DNA of 64,000 bases, taken from positions 348,688,001 through 348,752,000 of the forward strand of contig OZ024743.1 of the NCBI GenBank assembly GCA_964016885.1, in the 5' to 3' direction. How positions within the stretch are numbered: the first letter of the stretch is position 1; every line of letters begins with the position of its first letter. The position numbers were made by a program, and so were the translations under genes. Origin of the DNA: Eledone cirrhosa (Eukaryota). The notes under the pieces were generated by a model. That model saw only the letters and a list, made by a program, of their open reading frames with translations, ran no database searches and was not told the DNA's origin. Positions 27,323 through 42,319 of this stretch are shown here, piece by piece.

Positions 27323-28965
27323 TAATTGAAAAGATGTGAAGAATAACCTGATCAACAGGACAACAAAGGGGAATTTATTTACAGTCTAACACTTGGTTCT
27401 CTGATTGAGTTGTCTAAAAATTGCTGAACACTAGAAGCAGTGCCACTCAATTTTAAATACGATGCTAGTTCAATCAGCTCATCAGAAACTGTTATAAAAA
27501 TATATATAACCGGCAAATCTACAAATTCAAATTACAGCATCAATAATTATATTAGTAATAGAGGTAGATAGAGAGAGAACAAAATAAAGCAAGAGAGATA
27601 GATAAAGGAAAGAAAGAAAGAAAAAGGAATAATGAAAAGACGAATAAAAATAAAAATAAAAATAAAAATAAAAATAAAAATAAAAATAAAAATAAAAATA
27701 AAAATAAAAATAAAAATAAAAATAAAAATAAAAATAAAAATAAAAATAAAAATAAAAATAAAAATAAAAATAAAAATAAAAATAAAAATAAAAATAAAAA
27801 TAAAAATAAAAATAAAAATAAAAATAAAAATAAAAATAAAAATAAAAATAAAAATAAAAATAAAAATAAAAATAAAAATAAAAATAAAAATAAAAATAAA
27901 AATAAAAATAAAAATAAAAATAAAAATAAAAATAAAAATAAAAATAAAAATAAAAATAAAAATAAAAATAAAAATAAAAATAAAAATAAAAATAAAAATA
28001 AAAATAAAATTAAAAATAAAAATAAAAATAAAAATAAAAATAAAAATAAAAATAAAAATAAAAATAAAAATAAAAATAAAAATAAAAATAAAAATAAAAA
28101 TAAAAATAAAAATAAAAATAAAAATAAAAATAAAAATAAAAATAAAAATAAAAATAAAAATAAAAATAAAAATAAAAATAAAAATAAAAATAAAAATAAA
28201 AATAAAAATAAAAAGGAGAAATGAAAACAGAGAAAGATATATATATATATAACATACAACTAATTAATCAAATAATTAATTAATTATATAATTAATTTAT
28301 TAAAATAACCAATACAGAAATACATATATTTAACATCATATTTAAACCTTCGCATCTCTCTATATTTTAATCACTTTCAATAATCTTTATATGTTTAAAT
28401 TTCTTCGCACATTTTTACTTATTTATTTTCATATTTTCATATTTTCATATTTCATATTTTGTATCATTTATATAATTTGTTTATTTATTCATTTATTATT
28501 TACATTTATTCGTGTATTAACATTTATTCATTTATTAACATTTATTCATTTATTGTTGATATCATCTTTTTCTCTTACGTCATTTCTCCTCTATCCTTTT
28601 CTCTCCTCTTTCTCTCCTCCTTTTTCTGTCTATATCTTTCTCTGTTTTCATTTCTCCTTTTTATTTTTATTTTTTTCTTCTTTTTATTTTTCCTTTATCT
28701 ATCTCTCTTTCTTTCTTTTGTTTTCTCTTTATCTATCTTTATTACTAATATTATTATTGATGCTGTAATTTGAATTTGTAGATTTGCCAGTTATATATTT
28801 TATATAACAGTTTTTGATGACATGATTGAGCTATTTAAAATTGAGTGGCACTGCTTCTAGTGTTCAGCAATTTTTAGACAACTCAATCAGAGAAACAATT
28901 ATTAGACTAAATAAATTCCGCTTATTTGTACTGTTGACCATGTTATTCTTCAGATTTTTTCAATT
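27323..28965. repeat. Inverted-repeat element with an (AAAAAT)n array inside its left arm
   Basis: 27323-27640 plus 28210-28245 is reverse-complementary to about 28630-28965. Confidence 0.8.
27643..28213. repeat. (AAAAAT)n hexanucleotide array, ~570 bp
   Basis: Near-perfect; single variant unit near 28010. Confidence 0.98.
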
Positions 28966-29372
28966 TTATTACTCCAAGAAAAACTTACATAGGAATACAA
29001 GTTAAATCATAAACTCGCCATCTACGTAAACCTCTTGTTGAATCAAACAAAGCAGTACGCTAAACCTATCCATAAAAAGTATTCACAACCTCTAACTGGA
29101 TTACCTATAACGATATTTTGTTATACATATATATATATATGCAGTATTTCCTCTCCCTAGTACGTATAAATCAACCACAGAACAATTCATTTAAACGAGG
29201 CCATAAGTTTAAAATGTAACCATGAAGAAATAATAGACAAATGATACAGACCATCTCCGCGAAGTATAGCCAGATAAATGTTACCAAGTTATTTCTTTTA
29301 GCCCGTAGAAATTGACTAGATAAATGATCAACTACAGGGAGAAAAAATGCTCATAAACTTTACCAAAATTCC

Positions 29373-29462
29373 TCCAGTCCCGACTACTGGTAGTTTCGTT
29401 CCTAATTCGGATATACCCGATCTTGGATCTATCTACGAGGCTTGGAACTCATCAGGACTAAA
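29373..29462 (-). ncRNA. Type I hammerhead ribozyme candidate (family C, long loop II)
   Basis: Minus strand TTTAGTC-CTGATGA-GTTCC(~41 nt)GGAAC-GAAA-CTACCAGTAG-TC-GGGACTGGA; GUC cleavage triplet. Confidence 0.7.
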
Positions 29463-29580
29463 ATGTTCTACCATGATCCCCGCCAGAAATGAATTCAAAA
29501 TGGCTAAGTTCTATCACGTGGCCGGCGGTCATGGCAGAAATGTGTGATTATATATATATATGTATATGTATATATATATT

Positions 29581-29718
<138 letters not shown>

Positions 29719-30171
29719 AAAATAGATAGATAGATAGATATTAAATAAAACAGAACTACGGATTCCAAATATCACATTAATGTTGCCAAACTCACAATAC
29801 TTATTGCTATGGACTGCGTACATCATCAGATCATGGCGTAAGTTATTTGGCAAAGTCGTCAGATGTAAACTGAAAAGATAAAGTAGTTAATTTCTACATT
29901 TCAGTAAACATAATTGAACACCAGATTTGATTCGAAGAAGGTAAACCATACAGTCTCGGTGTCATGGCGTATCCGACCTTTTGTTTTCAGTGATATATTG
30001 AAATCTGATCCTGCACCAACCATAGGTTAATATATCTATGATGGATGACTTGTATAACGTTGGGTGCTTTTGTTATTGCCACATTGTCTGCTCATTGGAA
30101 TGAACAATTCTATCGTTTATTTATTCCCTCTAACATAAGTAGAATATATAAATATATATATTGTTATACAA

Positions 30172-30401
<230 letters not shown>

Positions 30402-30425
30402 CATATAATTATATATATATATGAA

Positions 30426-30541
30426 GGCGTGTGGCTGAGTGGTTAGAGAATTGGATTCGCAATCGTAAGGTTGTGAGTTCGATTCCTGGACCAGGCGATG
30501 CGTTATGTCCTTGAGCAAGTCACTTTATTTCACGTTGCTCC
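30426..30541 (+). mobile_element. 5' part of a tRNA-head SINE (second family)
   Basis: A box TGGCTGAGTGG, B box GAGTTCGATTCC, then GTCCTTGAGCAAGTCACTTTATTTCAC. Confidence 0.8.
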
Positions 30542-31681
30542 TTCTACCTGGAGCTGCGACCGATAGATAGTATTAGCAATTGGAAAGACCAACGGAAACA
30601 TTGTTCCCTCGGTCCGATTTGACGAAAGTCGATCGTTCCTCTATATATATAAATAATTAAATATATATATATATGTATTTATTTATATATATTCGTATAT
30701 TGTATAACAATGTTTTTGTTAGTAAAAATATGTGTGTATGTCGGTGTTCCCGTATAGAGAGAGGATTTTAGATTAGACGATATTCTTTTCCCATTTTTAT
30801 ATTTGTAGTATCTTTCTTTTTTACTTCTCTCCTTCCGAGATAAAAATCTCCGATACAATATCATTTACTGGAGAACGGATTTTGTTTGATAGTCTTTAGA
30901 GTTCTCAGTTATGTTTGCTTTAGAAACAACCTCATTACCTCTGATATATGTATGGTGGTATTGGAAAAACGTAGTGTGGAAATGGAGTCATGTAGTATCG
31001 CGGCGTCGGTTGCTTCTAGGGCACCGTTAATAGAAGTGTGTTGGGGTAGGATGCCGTGGGTAAATTTGAGATGTTTAGTTAACGATTAAAGAAATGAAAA
31101 AAAGGGTAATAGAATAAAAGAATAACAAATGCCAAACGTCAGAACAATTTGAAAGATTCTATCGACACCGAACAGGAATTGTATGTATGTATGCATGTAT
31201 GTATGTATGTATGTATGTATGTATGTATGTATGTATGTATGTATGTATGTATGTATGTATGAATGTATGTACGTTTTTACATATACAGACATTTGTGCGT
31301 CTCCTATAATATACACACATACTCACAGAAATGTGTGGGTATATATATATATATATATATATATAGTTATCTGTGTGTTTGTGTGTGTGTCTGTGTTAAC
31401 TCCTTAACCACACGGCCATGCCTGCCTCTATATTAACTAATTTACCTCATTCGTATCGTGTCTTTTTAAGCATCTACTCCTCTATTGTTTCGTTTGTTAA
31501 TTATTTGTATATATATTGGCTTATTTATTTACCCATTTCCTCTCAGTAATTCTTTGACGAATTTTTCTGTAAGGATTTTTTTTTAAATTTAACATCCTCA
31601 TGCATTCTAGATTCATTATTTATCTGTTTCCATACACAAACGACCCCCCCACCCCGTGCTCGCTCTCTCTCTCTGTATATA

Positions 31682-31745
<64 letters not shown>

Positions 31746-32230
31746 AAATATACAAGAGCTTCTACAGGACTAGAACTCCTATTGTATTGTATTGTATTGT
31801 AATGTCTACGCCATTTTTATTTTATTTATTTATTTCTTCTTGTCTCTGTCTCTACGCATGCGTTTGCGTGTGTGTATAATGTTTGGTGTGTGTGTTCGCG
31901 TTTGAGTGTATGTATTTTGGTTTTTGTATTCTATCTTTAGTTAACTAGTGTGTGTTTATATGTGGTTGTTCTTATTGTAGTCATCTATATATTTATTTAT
32001 TTATTTTTATTTTCCCTACGTCATTATTGAAAAACCCATTTTCAAAAAAGGATCCGTTTGGAGGTCTTAAATTATTCAAATTTGTATTTCCTACTCCACA
32101 ATGCTTTAAGCAAACGACGACGGTCTGTTATATATAGAGAGTAGCTAGCAAATCTGATATCTTATATATATATATATATTTCCATACATGTCGACTGAAA
32201 TGCCCACGCAAGTGTTTATATATATATATA

Positions 32231-32742
32231 TAAATGGAAAAAATGAAACGAAATTTAATTTCCTATTCTTGGTACGGCTGTTACTTAAATATAAGTATGT
32301 ACACGTACATACATATATGTATACAAGCGTACAGTAGTATGTATATATATATACATACATGCACACATATATATATGTACGTATGGATTCACCGAACATT
32401 TATTATAATGCTCGGTGTGTTTGTAAACAAACATCCCGTATTAAGCCGTAGTGTCTAGCAACCATCGTTGCTCGTTTGTTCAACACTGACAAAGGAACGC
32501 TGTACTAGTTTCAAGCTTATTAGCTATCGTCAGCAACGTATACCTTCCTGCCAGATTGTTGAACGTATATACTTACCTTATGCATATTAACGGCTGAGTA
32601 GCCCAATTTGCATATCGAGTGGGTTAATCGGCCGGGTGCACCGAAAACGATAAATGGAAAAAATGAAACGAAATTTCATTTCCCACTCTTAGTACGGCTG
32701 TTACTTAAATATAAGTATGTACACGTACATACTTATATGTAT
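32231..32742 (-). repeat. PLE 3' pLTR, 420-bp unit plus partial tandem copy, hammerhead at 32497-32539 (family A)
   Basis: TAAATGGAAAAAATGAAACG at 32231 and 32651. The hammerhead is on the same strand as the adjacent PLE RT. Confidence 0.85.
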
Positions 32743-32897
32743 ATAAGAGATCAAACAAGGAGTTTATTGATAATTGATTAGTGTGGTCTTTTAATCAAGG
32801 TGTAGTCCTATATTTATGAAGATCTAATTGGATAAATTAAAAGATGGTGGCCTAGTGTTATCTCCGACATTTGTTTTTATTTTTATTATTATTAGTA

Positions 32898-33080
32898 GTA
32901 GTAGAGTGTCGACGTCGTGCTTTCCAGCATAGAATTACGCCCCTTTATGGTCTTAGTTCAAATCCCGCCGAGGGTAACTTTGCCTTTCATCCTTACGAGG
33001 TCAATAAAATAAAGTACTAGTAATGCACTGGGATAATTGCTGGCCTTGTGCCAATAGTAGAAACAATTATTATTATTATT
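32898..33080 (+). mobile_element. Main SINE inserted in the PLE 3' region
   Basis: Consensus match with (ATT)n tail. Confidence 0.88.
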
Positions 33081-33099
33081 AATTACTAGGTTTGAAGTA

Positions 33100-34300
33100 G
33101 TGGAAAGAGAATCTATGGTAATGTGGACACGTGGAGAACATCTCTGATTTCCTATTTCGCAGGCTAAGATTAAAGTGAATAATATTTCTAGACTCGAGGA
33201 TGCAAAGGTTAGGTGGTCCTAACAAAATTTGTTAGGTGGCCTATATGAAGGGGTTTTAGCTATCAGTTCCCATTTTAAGGTGTATTGTATATTGCTTGAT
33301 GTTAATGAGTGTATGTATGTGGATAGTGAGATTACGTTGTGAAATTATATTAGGTTGTCTATGGGTGGTTGACGATTTAGGTTTAAATTTAATTTAATCT
33401 CTATGGCCGGAACGAGCTAAGGCTTCATTATAGTATTGGGTTCATTATAGTTACAGTTAAAAGTAATCTCGCTATAAGAAATACTAGAGATTCGATTAGA
33501 TACTCCGTTAATGATTGAGATCAATAAAGATGTAGGGTAGTTAGAGTTGGTATTAACATAGAAAAGTTTTCATTAGGTTTATGATAAGATGTATATTGTT
33601 TAGAGTGTAACGTCCAGGAAGATAACATTTTTGGTGCTTTTATCTAATGTGATAGCTAAGTTGAAGTTTTTTAATATTTTATGTAATTGTTTTCTAGTTC
33701 TTTCTATATAAATTTTTTTAAAGTCTAAGATGAAAAGTGCGTCCTCTCGATAGAGACCACCGTTAAGGTATGGTAGGTTCTTATGTACTTCGTTTAAGAG
33801 AAATAGACCAACTAAGTCGGTTACCTTTGCCGAGTCGCTAGATCCCATGGTGATATCACATGTTGATATGTTGGGTGTATTCAAATTTAATTATTGTTTT
33901 CCTGGCCGCAAGGATTATATCTACCTGGGATCTAGTGAGTCCACTATGGTTCATGGCCATTATTAATGCTTTATTTAAAAAGATAGGTGAAATCGAGGTG
34001 TAGTAGGAGTTTATGTTGAATTGGATGAATTTCTTATTATTATTTTCATTAATACCATTAAACCATTCGATTACTTCACTAGTATTTCCCCAGGGGTTAA
34101 AATGGATTTTTTGTTTAATTTGGGAGATTACTTTATCTAACATTTTTTTACTAATAATACCAATGTCGGATCTGGATGGGCAAATAAGTCTAATTGAGGG
34201 GTTAGTATTGAAGTTATCGTTTATATATAAAGAGGATTTCCAAAGCTTCAATGGTAGAGATCACAGTGTAAACAATATCGGTTGTTTCTGTCTTTCAAAA
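33100..34300 (-). pseudogene. Decayed PLE RT and endonuclease C-terminus
   Basis: RLICPSRSDIGIISKKMLD, FIQFNINSYYTSI, ITMGSSDSAKVTDLVGLFLL, GGLYREDAL (YRDD-like), IFLDVTL, and C-terminal LSTYIH..LKW...LCILE...KSEMFSTCPH. Confidence 0.85.
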
Positions 34301-36242
34301 TTGTGATACAAACTAAAAGTCATATCAGATTCCTTCTGATAGGATTTCAATCTTCGTTCGTAAGTTTAAGAAAAAATAACATGAACTTTGGGCGTGTTGC
34401 ATATCACATATATTTGGCATTTACCTTCCGCTATACAAACATTTCACGCCGCGCTCGTTGCAAAATACATCAGGTTTAGTAGAAGTATACCATCAGAAAG
34501 ACGCTTTTCTTGACAGATTTCTTGTGTTTGAGATATAACAGGCACTGATCAGTTTTTGTTGACAATTGATTAATCTGATTGAATACAGTTATTTAAAAAT
34601 TCAAGTTTTAAAGAGTTGTATTTTTTGAATTATTATTATTTTCTGAACCCGCGGTCGTGGCTTTTGCAATCAGCAATTAAAGTTATATCTGTAAAGAATT
34701 TAACATAAATTAGATATGTGCATCATACCAAAAATATCTAGGTATTATTCAACCTTAGATTACCAATGTACCATGTTTATATGACTGCTACTTATATTGT
34801 TAGTATAGTCTTTTACACGTATAAAGCAGTAAGCTGGGTACAAGCTCTTCAGTTGCCAATCTGGTCAAATGGATTCAAACGTTCTGTCTTATATATATTC
34901 AACGAAAAATTCTCAGGATTATGATCCACTTAAATTTCTTTTTCTTGCTTATTTATTTATTGTTTTCTATTTCCTTTTTTTTTTCTAGAACCACTGTCGT
35001 CATACAAAATATGTTGTTAAACATAAACTACATCTATTCCGTCAGTGTTAGATGGACTGCATATAGTTACATATGGTTATGTTCTATTCTACACAAATGT
35101 TCGCTCTTCTACATGACCACTCTTCTCAAAATTCTTCTTATACATCTATCGACCTTTCTTTCTCTCTATTTGTGCAATTTACCCCGCATCAGTTCCATCT
35201 TAAGAACTTAGAGTCTAACACGGCCAGATGACATGATTGGCATGCGCCCTGTCGCAAATGTAGTTATATTGTGTCTTGTAAGCAACTATCAGATGCGACA
35301 GGCTGTCACATTATACAAAGCCGCCATCTTAAAATGTCTGATTGTCAATGGGAAATTAATTCCACAGATATCATTATGTATTAGTTAGAACAAGCACTAT
35401 ACAAAATGGTTGCCTTAATCTAGATTATCGCATTTGATTTTCTAACATAGTCTCGCATTTGATTTTCTTTTCCAATAATTTTATCTACCGCTCTTTCCCT
35501 CTATCTCACTCACTTCCCCGACTATGCATCTATCCCTATCTCTGTATTGTACTCTCTCACTCTCTCACTCTTCCATAGTGTTCTTTCTCCTATTTTCTAC
35601 TTCTTCCTTTTACTTGCTACTCTGTTAACTGTCTCCCGTTCTATGTCCATTTCTTACTTTACCTCACGACGATGTTCACCACCACTAAACCACAACAACA
35701 ACCAAAAACACCACCACCACCAACAACAACAACTTCGCTACCACACAAGCGCCACCATTGTCGTCATCATCGTTATCATCATCGTCATTATCACCGTCAT
35801 CAAGGCTTTGTTTTTAAAACATCTCTTCGTGTATTTCATTGAAAGAATCGGTAGAGTGCCTTGCTGTATATGTTATTATGCCTTTTTATGCTTTCTATTC
35901 ATGTACCATCGGTGCTGGCTGTCCCATTCGTCTTTTCAGAGCGGACAAAATAATTACAGGAATTGTAATTCATATTTTACCTATACGATAATGTGATGTT
36001 CAATACATTACATTTGAATGAAACATAAAATGCGCATTTTTAGTACTTTCTTTGTCATAAATCTGCTCAAAATGATCTGATCTGAGTATAAATTACAAAA
36101 AGACCATTAGTACTAGCACCTCCACCACCACTACCACCACCACCACTACCATCTCAACTATAACCCAAAAGAATGACTGCTGCTACTACTACTGCTTCTC
36201 CTACAATTTCTGTCACTGCTGCTGCTGCTGCTGCTGCTACTA

Positions 36243-36314
<72 letters not shown>

Positions 36315-36867
36315 AGCCGTTGCTGCTGGTGAGAAAGGCATGTACTTATTTCAAATTACAATAGTATGTTCATATGTCCTGTTTAATTTTCTAGTGTACA
36401 ATAACGTTTTTACATTTTGACACGAGTGACCTGTGGCAGATCACTTATGGGGGCCACTGGTAACCTGTAATTCAGTACAAACTGCTATAGGGTTAGGATA
36501 TACTTCACTACACTGAGAAAGACTTGTCTTCTTCTTATATACAAGTAACAGTACAAATGAAGTGAGTTGAGTAGCAGGGATGAAAAAAAGTACAGGGTCA
36601 ACGGGTTAATAAGCAATATTTCGGAGCGAGTGAAACAACGTCAGTTCAATTAGCTCATTTAAGAATTTTATTGAGAACATGAAATCCAGTACAGTGTGTT
36701 AATTGACGGGGTCGTCGGTTATTAAATCGGTATCCTGAACCGATGAAAGTCCAATTAGATAATAAAATCGATTTAAGATACTTAACATTCTTGTTTTCAC
36801 TTGCAGGGGAAATTCTTATTTTCTAACATGCTTACATTCCCACATATCAGATACGTATATATAAAGA

Positions 36868-37545
36868 CAATTTCGCTCTAGATGGCTGAATACAATAAAT
36901 GTAATATGAGTATTTCGAATATAAATAATAACATTCGATTCATTTGCAATTTTGCAAACAAGCCTCAATTGTATAGCCATATCAGTAGAATGAACACTTC
37001 ACTCTTGCTCTTGTGTTGGCATGCGAACAGAACTGCAGACACTAATGTTTCTGGGTATCACCCTTCATCAGTATAGCCCACTGTTCACCTGCCAAACTGT
37101 CAGTGCTAGTGAACATGTATGTTATTTTCAAAAATACACAGTGACTGATCGGGCTGGTTTGCATATTAGCAGACTGGCCAGTGAGTTACATTTATACGAG
37201 CGATAAATGGCCGGCTTTGCCAAATTCAAATAAAAAAGAAAATTTCGCTTTACATGGCTGAATACAATAAATGTAATCTGTGTTTTTCGAATATAAATAA
37301 TAACATTCGATTCATTTGCAATTTTGCAAACAAGCCTCAATTTTATAGCCATGTCAGTAGAATGAACACTTCACTCTTGCTCTTGTGTTGGCATGCGAAC
37401 AGAACTGCAGACACTGATGTTTCTGGATATAACCCTTCATCAGTACAGCTCACTGTTCAACAGCCAAACTCTCAGCGCTAGTGAAAATATATGCTATTTT
37501 CAAAAATACACAGTGATTGATCGGCCTCATTTGCATAATAGCAGA
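36868..37545. repeat. Tandem duplication, 372-bp period
   Basis: AATTTCGCT..A.ATGGCTGAATACAATAAATG near 36869 and 37241; about 1.8 copies. Confidence 0.9.
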
Positions 37546-37762
37546 CACTTGGCTGATCATCAGATCTACATATTAGCAGATCCACTAATCATCCAGATTT
37601 GCATATCAGCAGACTGGCCAGACAGTTTACTGTATGACATTCCGACATACAGTCATACATCCTGACAGCCTATTACTGAATCGGTTGCATGGTGTTTAAC
37701 TACATCTTCTTGCTTTTGTGAGTAGGGCAGAGGAAAGGAGGGACGAAAATAAAAGTCACCCA

Positions 37763-37985
37763 GTCACTAAGGAGGTGACAAAATATGTGACAAAAGAGCT
37801 TTGACAATATATAAAGAATCATCCAGTTATTGAAGCAACGAACCAACCGGAAATTTATAATAATCTAAAGTGAAAACCAGCAGGTGCGTGTGATTTTTTG
37901 GCAGCATGACCCTCCAAAAGTATAACGACATGTTTCAACACACGTTTTCAGATAATAAATCTTGCAAAACCAATTAGAAAAGATA
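37763..37985 (+). mobile_element. Diverged copy of family D pLTR-like unit
   Basis: Aligns with 41057-41300 (CATGACCCTCC.AAAGTATAAC...GTTTCAACACACG); decayed hammerhead GTCA-CTAAGGA...TGTGAC-AAAA-GAGCTT-TGAC. Confidence 0.6.
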
Positions 37986-38190
37986 TATATCTTTATACAT
38001 ATAGTCATATACAAAAATAAAAAAAATAAAAAATCACATGCATGATGATTCATATGATGAAGCGTGTAATCTTGATTTTTTCTGGTAAAGTAAAAATGTA
38101 TATATCAAATTCATCTTTGTTATAAACCAATATTATTAAATTATTCTTTCCACAAATTTAGTTATTGTTCAAGCCAACGAAAACATGGTC

Positions 38191-38251
<61 letters not shown>

Positions 38252-38287
38252 TATAAATATATATATATATATATATATTTATAAGTA

Positions 38288-38341
<54 letters not shown>

Positions 38342-38345
38342 AGTA

Positions 38346-38410
<65 letters not shown>

Positions 38411-39149
38411 AATTATATATATGGGCTTGTGTGAATGTCCCTGCATACGTTCATACACAAACACACACAGATACATGTGTATATATATATATGTGCGTGT
38501 GCGCGTATATATGTATACGCTTCTAAATCCTTGCTTAATTCTAAATAAACATAGAACGCAGTCGAGATAAACACACAAAATATAAGGTTAATTAAATAAA
38601 TAATAGCATTCTAAGATAAAATATGATAATGCTATAAGATGAAACACGAAACGTTACTTATTTCCAAAATGGGGTTGGATTTTTTGGAAACCATTTAACT
38701 TTTCACCCTCGGTAGGATCTATCATCGTTTCCATTTGAGTATCCCATATGTCATTTACTTTTATAGTGTGTATTCTACACATATAAACATAGAACTGGCT
38801 ATAAATATAATGTATGTACGTACTTTTCTTTGTATGTCTATTGATATAGATACTTGTATATGCATCTAAGTGTGTGTCTCTGTGTATTAGTTTATACATA
38901 CACACATACATACACACACACACATACACACACTCACACACATATACATATATATAGTTGTACACTAACACACAGAGATATATACGTATCTATAGAAATG
39001 TATATATTTATATTTATATATACGTATATACATACTATAGCGCTTTCAAATCTATAACATCAACATGCATACACCTACATACGCACGCACCACAATCAAT
39101 GTAAACACATACACACACACATATTATATATATATATATATATACATGC

Positions 39150-39300
<151 letters not shown>

Positions 39301-40590
39301 CATACATACACCACATATATATGTATATATATATGTGTGTGTGTGCGTATATATATATATATATATACATACACATGCATATCCAATTATAGGTTTCTTG
39401 AATGATATACCATGTTTGCCCTTTCTATGTTTCTCTAGAGATAACTCAACTATTCATATACAAACATAGTTTCTTAAGCACATTCTAACACACACCGTGA
39501 CACCCCCCCCCCCGCACACACAGACAAATATGTGCGCACGCATACAAAGATGCCACAAACACACACACGTTGACATTTCTATATCATCTGTGTCTTGAAT
39601 CACAATATTGTTTACTTATGACCAATTGTTAATCTCGCAAAATGTTTTACACATATATACACGATATACCCAACAACAACAACAAATAAAACATACAGGC
39701 AAATAAAACATGGTAACACAAACTCGACGCATATGCTGGGAAATATACGATGGGGAAAAAGAGGAACACTCAATCAATCACGTAAACAAACACACAACAC
39801 ACACATTTTCACTAATATATAAAAAACACTGGTTTATTCTATACAAAAACAGATATACCCATATGTTTGTAAATAGAAAAGCGAAGTATGTAGCCCCATA
39901 TAGATGAGTGTTGCCTTGCAACAATTTAGCTTCTTCGAATTGATTTGTTGAGCAAGTTGTAAGCAACAAATCGAAATCATTGTATATCGAAATAACAGTT
40001 ACTATAATTAACTCCCCAATTTGGGGGTTTTTCTTTTATATTTTGGTTGAGAACTTTCATAGGCGAAGGTTGGATCGCTCTTTTTAACACCATATGCCAG
40101 TCTGCTTTTGACAAGTATGTCGTGTTGACTAATTAGCAGTAAACTTGATTCTCACGTTTGAAATACCAGTTTCAAGACGAACATTTAGTAGTATGGTCGA
40201 TATTCTAGAATTCCTCTAATGGACTGGCTCGTTGGTAAGGGCTGTTAGTCCAGAATTTGTTGATTATATGTTTATAATAAATTGTTGATTTGTAGATTCC
40301 TTCTTTATCACAAAATTGTACTTTACCTGCCAATAAGGCGATATATGTAATCTGACAACATTCTGTGTTAAACAACGGAGATACTGGCTTATTCAAACGA
40401 TTCAAAGTGCGAGTACTTTACTGTTTTCCTATGTTAAGCTCTTAAATCATTATTTTTCCTCTGCTTTCACTGCAAGTATTCCTACCTAGGACATTTTCTT
40501 TTCAAAAATGTATCGTATGTGCATGCTCCGAATTGATTTGCTGAACAAGTTGTGAGCAACGAGATCGAAGTCATCGTACATCGATATGAG

Positions 40591-40779
<189 letters not shown>

Positions 40780-40855
40780 TGTGTGTGTGTGTGGATGTGT
40801 GGGTGTTTACGTGCGTGGGGTAGTGTTTTGTATGCTGGACGTATGCTGGTCATGA

Positions 40856-41380
<525 letters not shown>

Positions 41381-41391
41381 GTATATATATA

Positions 41392-41708
<317 letters not shown>

Positions 41709-41816
41709 ATGTGCGTGGTGTAGTGTTTTGTATGCTGGACGTATGCTGGTCATGAGTGATATTCGGGGAACGGTCGGCGCTTTGTGATCTTGAGGAAGAC
41801 ACATTATTTCATGCTG

Positions 41817-42000
41817 GTGGTGGACTGGCAATATCGGTAGAGGGTCGGACGCCATGCTTTCCAGCATAGTTACGTCCCTTTACCATCTGAGTTCAAATCC
41901 CGCCGAGGTTGACTTTGCCTTTCATCCTTACGGGGTCGATAAAATAAAGTACCAGTAATGCACTGGATATTTGCTGGCCTTGTGCCTAAAGTAGAAAGAA
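41817..42000 (+). mobile_element. Full-length main SINE with 14-bp TSD
   Basis: ATTATTTCATGCTG (41803-41816) and ATCATTTCATGCTG (42000-42013). Confidence 0.95.
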
Positions 42001-42319
42001 TCATTTCATGCTGCTTCACTTCACTTAGATGGGAAAAACGAGTGTTGTATATAATTCGAGGGCAGCATTCTCACATTCTCTGAGAATTATATTTATCGTT
42101 CACATGCTAATGGAATCATTGGCCACTTACACATTAATTTTATGAACAGGCTATTTTGTTATCTGAATAAAGCGAAGTACTCATCGTGTACACTCCAGTG
42201 TATATGATACGCAGTTCTGGCTAAGATCTTATGTGGCCTTTTCAACCAGTTATAATTTTTAAAAGCCTTACATAAGAATTGTATATTAATTTTGGTGCAG
42301 CTTGTATGCCAGAATATCT

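Noticed and set aside
27455-27490. CTGATGA-GCT..AGC on the minus strand as a hammerhead
   Set aside because: No GAAA/stem III follows, and the partner arm lacks the core.
27552-28259. Poly-FL / poly-KI ORFs
   Set aside because: (AAAAAT)n array.
30426-30500. tRNA gene
   Set aside because: A/B boxes are present but no closing acceptor stem; it continues into a SINE body.
39935-40590. ~65-bp direct repeat with a YDD-like reading on the minus strand
   Set aside because: Too decayed to assign as RT or LTR.
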